From contig OZ024747.1 in the NCBI GenBank assembly GCA_964016885.1, positions 7,192,001 through 7,256,000 of the forward strand: DNA of 64,000 nt, written 5' to 3'. Of the stretch, positions 55,594 to 64,000 are shown piece by piece (within the stretch, counting starts at the first letter, position 1; each line of letters begins with the position of its first letter). This stretch comes from Eledone cirrhosa. Taxonomy: Eukaryota. Below the pieces are notes generated by a model that saw only the letters and a list, made by a program, of their open reading frames with translations, searched no databases and was not told where the DNA came from. The position numbers were made by a program, and so were the translations under genes.

Positions 55594-55778
55594 GGGCTCC
55601 ACGTGAAGTGGGTTCCACGTGAAGTGGGCTCCACGTGAAGTGGGCTCCACGTGAAGTGGGCTCCACGTGAAGTGGGCTCCACGTGAAGTGGGTTCCACGT
55701 GAAGTGGGCTCCACGTGAAGTGGGCTCCACGTGAAGTGGGCTCCACGTGAAGTGGGCTCCACGTGAAGTGGGTTCCAC
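55594..55778. repeat. 16-bp minisatellite with 11 CACGTG E-boxes
   Basis: Unit ggg(c/t)tccacgtgaagt. Confidence 0.95.
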
Positions 55779-56299
55779 TTGGACTAGGAGCACGTTCTAT
55801 TAAAGTCAAATAAGCCTCGTCGGAGAGTAAAAAAAAAGAAACTCCTTCAGAGATATGATCTGTCTCTGATTATCATGGCTGAGAACACTATGGTAGCTGG
55901 ATCATTAAACCATTTATATGAGTTATTAGGCCCATAGGTAAAAATACAGTGCTGGACAGGGGCGCAATTTCATTGCTTACCATAGGCGTTATTTTCCCTA
56001 GTTGTGCCTCTGGCGACTAGGAAAAACGTCAGGAATGCTAGCAGCAAGAATGATCCTCCATTTCGTCAACGTAAAACACACAACGAGAATTGCATTAACA
56101 TAACCAAAACACATCATACTCTTTGACACGAATAATCGAAAGGCAATTGATGGACCCCGGTGGCAGATGCACGAGCAAAGCTACAATTCAATCTTTGATG
56201 AACCCGAACGACTACGAACTATTTCATCCTAAACAGATTTGTGTCGTTTTCCAGCAACACTTTGCCATTATCACCACCATCTCTCGGCAAAAGACGCAG

Positions 56300-56860
56300 A
56301 TATTGCGAAAAGCCGATAACAATACTTGAGATATGGATGGCAGGATGTGTTTCTATAAGGAGCGAATCTCCTGCCCTGGGTGATCTGCCCTGTGAGCAGT
56401 ACGTACGTATATATATACCAGACTTGATTGCCGATGTCTTGATAAAGGTCTGCAGCAACTGACAACAGAATTATTGAATTCCCAGTTCTGTGAGTCTGAG
56501 AGTAGTTGAGCTACTGAGAAAAGACGCTGGCAAGGGAAACGTAATTGATAATTTCTTCTTCCATAACTCTACTGAACACAAAGTTTAAAATGTTGGTCAA
56601 GATGCTAGCCAAGAGGTTCTGTGCTTGTGGTCAGTATGATCCCGAGCAGATTGTCTCACTGTACAGCGGCATCGCTCGGTGGTCAGAGTAAATAGCCAAC
56701 TTTCGACAATGTTTCGAATCACACGATCGATCCGTCAGAATTGTCCTCTCTCGTTCCTTCTATGTACTGGCTCTCAAGATACTACTGTGGAAACTGACGT
56801 TATTGAGAGGCATCTTGCCAGTAGATTGATGAGAGACAACTGCGAGGGACCACTTGCCTA
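56300..56860 (+). mobile_element. Tx1/L1-like RT remnant
   Basis: ITLLNTKFKMLVKMLAKR and SIRQNCPLSFL resemble RT motifs PITLLNxDYKILAK and SVRQGCPLSPL. Confidence 0.6.
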
Positions 56861-57073
56861 GTGGTCAGAGTGACCGTAGCTTTTTTGTGAGGTTTTTCCA
56901 CGAATGGCCCTCGGAGTGTTCCCCCTTTTTGGGGGAAATTTCCTTTGTTCTAATTTTAATATTTCCTTTGTTTTGATGTTTTATTTTTACTCGTAAAGCC
57001 CACACACCTACACACATACACACACGCACACATACATACCCACACATACCTACACGCACATACCTATACACAC

Positions 57074-57104
<31 letters not shown>

Positions 57105-57722
57105 TACCCCCCCCCCCCCACACACACACAAAAACCAACAAGCGGTATTGTCCTTTATTGTCTTCAATGGTTTCCTTTTTGTTAACCCCGTGTACAAAGG
57201 TGATATTTATTAAACATTTAAACAAACAATATACTGTAGTTATAATAAACAGGCCAAAAATAACTATAAGAACGGTAAGCTTGAATATAAAATAAACATA
57301 GCGTGTTTTATTTACAAAAGAACCAATACAATGGGAACTAAGTTCAATCTTCATGCTGTATATACAAATCACTTTCAGTAGTAATATTAAACTCTGAAGA
57401 ATTCGTTTAGAATGAATCAGTGACGTAGTTCAACGAATTTCCACTATGATCGGTAAGTCTGAATCAGCCATCTGTTCAATGATATAAACGCCATATTGCC
57501 GAGAGCTTGTGGGGAGTTATATCCGCTAAGGTTCATTTCTGAACAATACCGCATATGTTTACACGTGGATCAATATTGTAAATTGTAGGAAACTAGTAGT
57601 GACAGTCTATCTTGGCAATTAATGAGTAGACACTGTTAAGAAGTGAAATAGAATGTTTTGTCTCGCGGGAGAGGGAGTATATATTTATGTAGAGAGACCT
57701 ACATCACTTTACTGACTCTGCA

Positions 57723-57792
<70 letters not shown>

Positions 57793-58639
57793 TCACTCTT
57801 TCTTTCTCATCTCTCTCTCACCTCTCTCTCTTTCTCCCCTTCTCTCTCTTTCTTTCTTAACTCTGTCATCCCTCCCCCCTCTCTCTTTCTCCGCCCTCTC
57901 TCTCTCTTTCTTTCTTTTTCGACTCTCTCTCTCTGTATATATTTTATCTGCGTGACCTTATCTCTCTCTTCTTTCTATTTCTTCTTTGTTCTCTCCCTTT
58001 CTCCCTCTTTCTTCTCTTCCATTCTCTCCTTGTTTTTCTCGCTCTCGTTCACTCATCTTCTGCTTTCCTCTCTTTTCCCGCCTTTCATCCCTTATAATCC
58101 ATAAGCAGCAAAACTTTTTTTGTTTAGCTCCGCCAATCAACTACATTCCTTTGACGAAAGTCTAAATTTTTCCATTTTTCTAGCCTCAATTTGTAGCACA
58201 TTTTACTATTCTATTTATATTAATCCAGCCTTATGCTTGCTATCTATTTATTTCTAGTCATAATATTTTCATGTATTTATCTCGGTTTTTATTAAAAGAC
58301 ACTAATAAATTGTTCTGTCCATTGTTTGTTGTGTTATCGTCTCACATGCTTCTTACCAATAGAACAGTTCTCCAGTTTGTGGCACAAACTGGCATTACAA
58401 GTGTTATACCACTTCAATTCTGGTGAGGTAGAGATGCAGTTGTCTGTTCCTCTCATTCAACTGTTTTTTTTTTGTTTTGTTTTTTTTCTGTGTGAATTTC
58501 TTGCTGATACAATGTATATGTATGTATGTGTGTGATTACCCATCTATCTATCTATCATCTATCTATCTATCTATCTATTTATCTATTATCTATCTGGCTG
58601 CCTGCCTATCTCCTGAAGTTGAGGGTTGTTCTATCGACG

Positions 58640-59717
58640 GGGCATTAAACAACCCATTTGTGGCGCCTCCCCCCTATTGGGGATTTCGATTATAATTGTT
58701 TGTTTCATATTTGTACAAGACTGTATGTAAAATACCCGGCATCTGTCTTTGTTTTATCCCCTTTTCTTGTGCGCCCTTGTGGCAAATAAAGAAATCTATC
58801 TATCTATCTATCTATCTATCTGTCCCCTTCTTTTGTGCCCCTGTGGCTAATAAAGAAATATATCTATCTATCTATCTACGGGGAAACTCTAGGCGTAGAG
58901 GAAGACGAACTGGTCAGTCTGTTCGGTAGGACATTCCGCCCGGGACCGATGGACAACTTCCAAAAGTCCCTGGCCTGGCAGTGCTACCGAGGAGCTCTAC
59001 CCGTTCGAGCTCTACAGACACGGGCGCCCGGGTAGGGATCCCTCGAAAAAGATCTGTCCGAGATGCATGCGGGTCGAGGAAACCGTCGCGCACGCATTCG
59101 AACACTGCCCGGGCGTTACCGACCTGTGGAGCTACGCAGAACGACTACTCTCGCGGGTGGGACAAATCCGGTTGACCACCAAGTCCATTATTACGATCAA
59201 ACCGCCACCCTCCTTCAAAAACTAAGGAGAGGCGGGTTTCCTCTGTGTAATGGCTATGGTGTAAGAGGTTATATGGTGGACGAGGCTGAAAGGGCTGAGG
59301 TCAGAATTCTTTCTCTCCGGCGAACAACTGGTTCGCTTCTTCAAATATCTCTTTAGAAGAAGAATCCGGATGGAGAGAGAGGTGCTGAACCCCGCAAATT
59401 TTACGAAAGGTGGGTGAATGTGGCAAGAATGGCCCGAGTGGTTGGGCCTTCTCTCTATATAAACCTGTAGGTTGAGGGAAAAGAGGAAGAGAGGAAAGGA
59501 GCGCTCGCTCTTCGTGTTCCTGGAGATGAGGGTTGTACATTTTTTCGGGGTGTGTACAACCCATGTGTAACGCCTCCCCCTATTGTGGATTTCAATTGTT
59601 ATTTGTTATTTATTTATTAGTTCTATTTTTATACGCTTGTATGTAAACTCCCCACTTTGTATTTGTATTTGTCCCCATCTTTTGTGCCCCTGTGGCAAAT
59701 AAAGAAATCTATCTATC
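58640..59717 (+). mobile_element. Three tandem 5'-truncated Tx1-like LINE 3' ends in a (TCTA)n tract
   Basis: SLAWQCYRGALPVR and ETVAHAFEHCP (CCHC region); the terminus gccc(c/t)tgtggc.aataaagaaat.tatct occurs three times. Confidence 0.7.
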
Positions 59718-59719
59718 TT

Positions 59720-59764
<45 letters not shown>

Positions 59765-59770
59765 ATATAT

Positions 59771-59952
59771 ATAGGAAAAGTATGACCCCGACGGCAGAGC
59801 TCAAGCCGTTTCGACGGCTATTTCTGGCGTCCAGAAATAGCCGTCGAAAAGGCTTGAGCTCTGCCGTCGGGGTCATACTTGTTCCTATTACCCACTCTAC
59901 TACCCTAAGTATTGAGTACTTTGGTGCGCTATGGTCCATCTGGTTCATTATC
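59771..59952 (+). mobile_element. Penelope-like pLTR fragment with fold-back palindrome
   Basis: 50-bp arms (59778-59827 / 59831-59880, 1 mismatch) followed by a tail shared with 53811-53936 and 50010-50082; flanked by (TA)n. Confidence 0.6.
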
Positions 59953-60035
59953 ACAATTCCTTTATATATATATATATCGTTATAAAAATAAAATAGACAA
60001 ATAAAGGTCAAATTCGAATGAAACCCAAATCTGTT

Positions 60036-60095
<60 letters not shown>

Positions 60096-60407
60096 CTTCG
60101 AAACAAGGATGAACGAAACAATAACAACACCACCAACAACAACAACAATAGTAACACTTATTATTGTTGTTATTATTTGGGTTTGATTATAATTCAATAA
60201 AGAAAGAAATATAATTAGATTCAGACGACTTTCGCATTCTGATGAAAGATGAAACAAGAGAAATACTGTTGAAATACTGTTAAATGTTTTCTCAACATAT
60301 ACACAGGTTAGGGAGTGTAGAGTTCGTTTATAGAGAGTTTAATTCTGATTGTTCTTTATTTCAAATAATATAAACACTCAAGCTGCTGTTTGTGAACGTA
60401 TATTTAG

Positions 60408-60447
<40 letters not shown>

Positions 60448-61099
60448 GTGTGAGTGTATGTGTGTGTTTGTACGCGCGTGTTTTTGTGTGTGTATGTATG
60501 TGTGTGTTTGTGTTTGAGTTTGTGTGCTGTGTGTGTGTGTGTGTGTGTGTGTGCATTTGTGTGTATATGCGTTTGTGTTTGTGTGTAGGGGGGGGGGGAT
60601 TGGCAGTACGAAGTTTCAGATATAACTGTTTCTACTATTGGCACAAGGCCAGCAAATACTCAGTACATTACTGGTACTTTATTTTATCGACCCCGTAAGG
60701 AGGATGAAAGGCAAAGTTAACCTCGGCGGGATTTGAACTCAGAATGGCAAGGGCCGTAACTCTATGCGTCAAAGCATGGCGTCCGACCCTCTACCGATAC
60801 TGCCAATAACATTCTTTATAAAGCGAGCGGACCGAGTTACAAATTGTCGTCTGCATTGCACATCCCTACAACCTTGAAATTATTCCATTTTATTTCATCC
60901 AACCATACCTAACTACTTATTATTTAAGTAGTTGGATGTGAGTTAATTTGATCAAAATAATCAAATATTAGCGATCTAAGGCTGATATGTAATATATACG
61001 ATGAAACACGTGTGTTACGCAATAAATGTTATTCCCACTCTTCTGGATTGTAATGTTTTAAATAATAATTTTGTAAATTTATATATATATATATATTCT

Positions 61100-61830
61100 T
61101 CTATACATCCGTTTCCGGTGTCATGGCAAAGTTCCTCATTGCTCTGTCTAGCATTGCCGTCTGAATTGCCCCCTGCCCCAAACCCGGTGTCATCTTCTCA
61201 AGAACATCCTTCAGTGTGGTGCTTGGTTTCCCAAACTCTGCCAGAAGGTTCATTGTGTCGTTTCAGATGTCCGGCTAATGAGCCTCCTACGCCAGAAAGG
61301 CGAAAGCGCGAGCTATATAGCGATTTGTTTGTGTACTCCAGGACATGTTCTGGACATCCGGGTGAATGTACCATTAATCGACTTTGTGAGTATTTCTATC
61401 GGTGTTCATGATTCACATCCATAGAGGAAAATGAACTCAACCGTGGCTTTGAATAGCCTCGTTTTTTTTTTTTTTTTGTGGGTTTCTTGATCGGAGACAC
61501 CCATACCTTTGATAGGGAGTTGAGAGCCCCTTCCCCTGTCTATCCTGGTATCCACATCGTGCTCTGTGTTCTTAAAACTACCAAGATACAAGTCCTTGAC
61601 TTCCCAAATCTCCGAACTGCCTAGTACATGCACCTCTTTATTTGACGTTGCGTTGAGATGCATGGATTTTGTTTTGCCAACATTCAAGAAAAGTCCAACG
61701 GACTGTGCTGCAATCTCCCCTCTGTGTAGCATTTCCTCAGCTTCTTTGCAGATGTTTTCCAGGAGAGCTATGTCATCTGCGTAAGCCATTTCAGGTAGAA
61801 TTTGCTCCGAACATCGGCTGCTTTGTCTAC
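61100..61830 (-). mobile_element. LINE reverse transcriptase remnant (RTE-like)
   Basis: [10 protein letters not shown]...[10 protein letters not shown]...YLGS...[17 protein letters not shown]; frameshifted. Confidence 0.75.
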
Positions 61831-61915
61831 TTTTCATCAGCATTATTCCATCTGATATGCCTTGATTGTGCAATGCGTAATGCCATTGCACCATCAGACT
61901 AAATATATATATATA

Positions 61916-62092
<177 letters not shown>

Positions 62093-62097
62093 ATATA

Positions 62098-62272
<175 letters not shown>

Positions 62273-62749
62273 TGTTTACAATTATTTCAATTATAATTAA
62301 GATTAATAAAATATAATTATTACATTTATAATTATAATATTTCTCCTTTAATTTTATTTGAAAAACGTGTTAATTTTTCAGGTCAATATTGTTTCTTTGT
62401 TTCTTTTTTGTTTTATTGTTGTTGTTTTGTTAATATTTGAAGATTACCTCTTTAATATTTGTTATATATTAGTGTTTTATTATGGAATAAAACAGTAAAA
62501 ATTCTCTATTATATATTATTTTATAGTATAAGGTTTCTATTTGATATAATTAAATAGTACAACGTCTCTATTTTATATAGTACAATAGTGTAATGTATAT
62601 TTTATGTAATGGGATAATGTAAGGTGTATCAGTTAAATAGTACAGGGTATCTAGTTAATGTAAGTAGATAGAGCTAGGTCTCTATTATATGTAATTTCTA
62701 TTTGATAATATTAAATAGTGCAGGGTTTTTATTATATGTAATTAGGTTT

Positions 62750-62900
62750 TACTAGATCTCTGTCGGCTGGAATTTGCAGACGACATGGTGTTACTTAACT
62801 CGGCATAAGGTGATCTCCGACTTGCACTCGAAAGGTTTGATGCCGAGTGCTGCATGGCTGGAATGAAAATCAGTGCTGCGAAAACTGAGACACTCCCCCT
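62750..62900 (+). mobile_element. RTE RT fragment
   Basis: LEFADDMVLL...LERFDAECCMAGMKISAAKTE with internal stop. Confidence 0.6.
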
Positions 62901-63266
62901 CTCAAGGAAGCTTGCACAGTGCACTAATGCGCCAGCTTCAGCATTCAGTAATCAGAAGAAAGGGAGTAGGAGATGAAGATGCTGATAATGGTGGCAGCGG
63001 TGATGATGGGGACGACGACGACGACGACGACGACGAAGAAGAAGAAGAAGAAGAAGAAGAAGAAGAAGAAGAAGAAGAAGAAGAGTTCTGATTCCCTCAA
63101 AGCAGCAGGTTTCAGAGGCTAGATCGTTCTAATGCGTAGCGACATCTGCTCGGTGGTCAGATCAAATGGCTACCTTTTGGAACCGTTTCATATCGTGCAC
63201 TCAGTCCGAAACAACACTTATGAAACGAGAGAAATACGCTATCTGTAAGATAGCGAGTTCGCACTA

Positions 63267-63304
<38 letters not shown>

Positions 63305-64000
63305 TATGTAGTGGGGAGGGGGGCATGAAGCAAGGCATTCCTTGTTTTGGGTTTCCAGCAATTCCTTTTCAGTCCATTCATCTACATTATTTTCTACCTC
63401 TATTTTCTCTGTATTATGCTGTTTCATGCCTTTATTTTATCTTACGCTTGTTAATTTATTTTTATCTAACTAATCTTTTTTTACCCCCTTTATATTTTTT
63501 TCCAACACTCGACTTCCTCAATCCGTTTCCTTCCTTACTTCATGCTGTCACTCTTTTTATCTCATCTTCCTTTTCGTTTCCCCTATTCCACCTCCATTAC
63601 CCTTTAGTATTTTACTTCTATTTTAAACACCTATTTCTCTTCAGTCTGGTCCTTTTTTTTTTTTATTTCTTTGCGCTTTCTTTCCCATTCCATTATACTC
63701 CTTCCACCCTTTTTACTACCCCTCTCTCTCTTTCTCCGCTATCTCCCCCCTCTCTCTCTTTGTCTTCCCTTATTTTCATTACTTATCTAGTATATACAGT
63801 CTCTCTTCTCTCTTTTCTCGTTGTGGATTGGTAGAGCGTCCGATAGATGACATTGCAGCGTTTGTTCTGACCCTTTACATTCTGAGTTCAAATCCTGTCA
63901 AGGTCAGTTTAGTCTTTCATCCTTCCATAGTTGATAAAATAAAATAAAATACCAATCAACTACTAGGTTTCATTTAATCAACAGCCCCCCCCCCCCAATA

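Overview
Eukaryotic, AT-rich, microsatellite- and transposon-dense genomic DNA. The repeat landscape (huge (TA)n tracts, tRNA-derived SINEs, RTE tails ending in (GAT)n) looks like octopus/coleoid cephalopod, which is an inference from repeat style only. One real protein-coding gene is present: YKT6 (longin R-SNARE) on the + strand, with 8 coding exons from 16379 to 30945. They splice with GT-AG boundaries into a 198-aa protein ending CCTLL, and a probable ETS/CRE promoter and non-coding first exon lie near 10.6-10.84 kb. The last YKT6 intron hides an unannotated-looking, in-frame 207-nt cassette exon and a second stop-containing acceptor, both of which would change how the SNARE is attached to membranes. 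The window also holds a set of Penelope-like-element remnants with type I hammerhead ribozymes (one with an intact catalytic core) and fold-back palindromes centred on the hammerhead stem II loop. Other contents are nested piggyBac-type MITEs, Tx1/RTE/CR1 LINE and Tigger fragments, several minisatellites (one with 11 E-boxes) and a 200-N gap. Almost all long ORFs in the supplied track are simple-repeat artefacts. Repeat boundaries are approximate and were read by eye.
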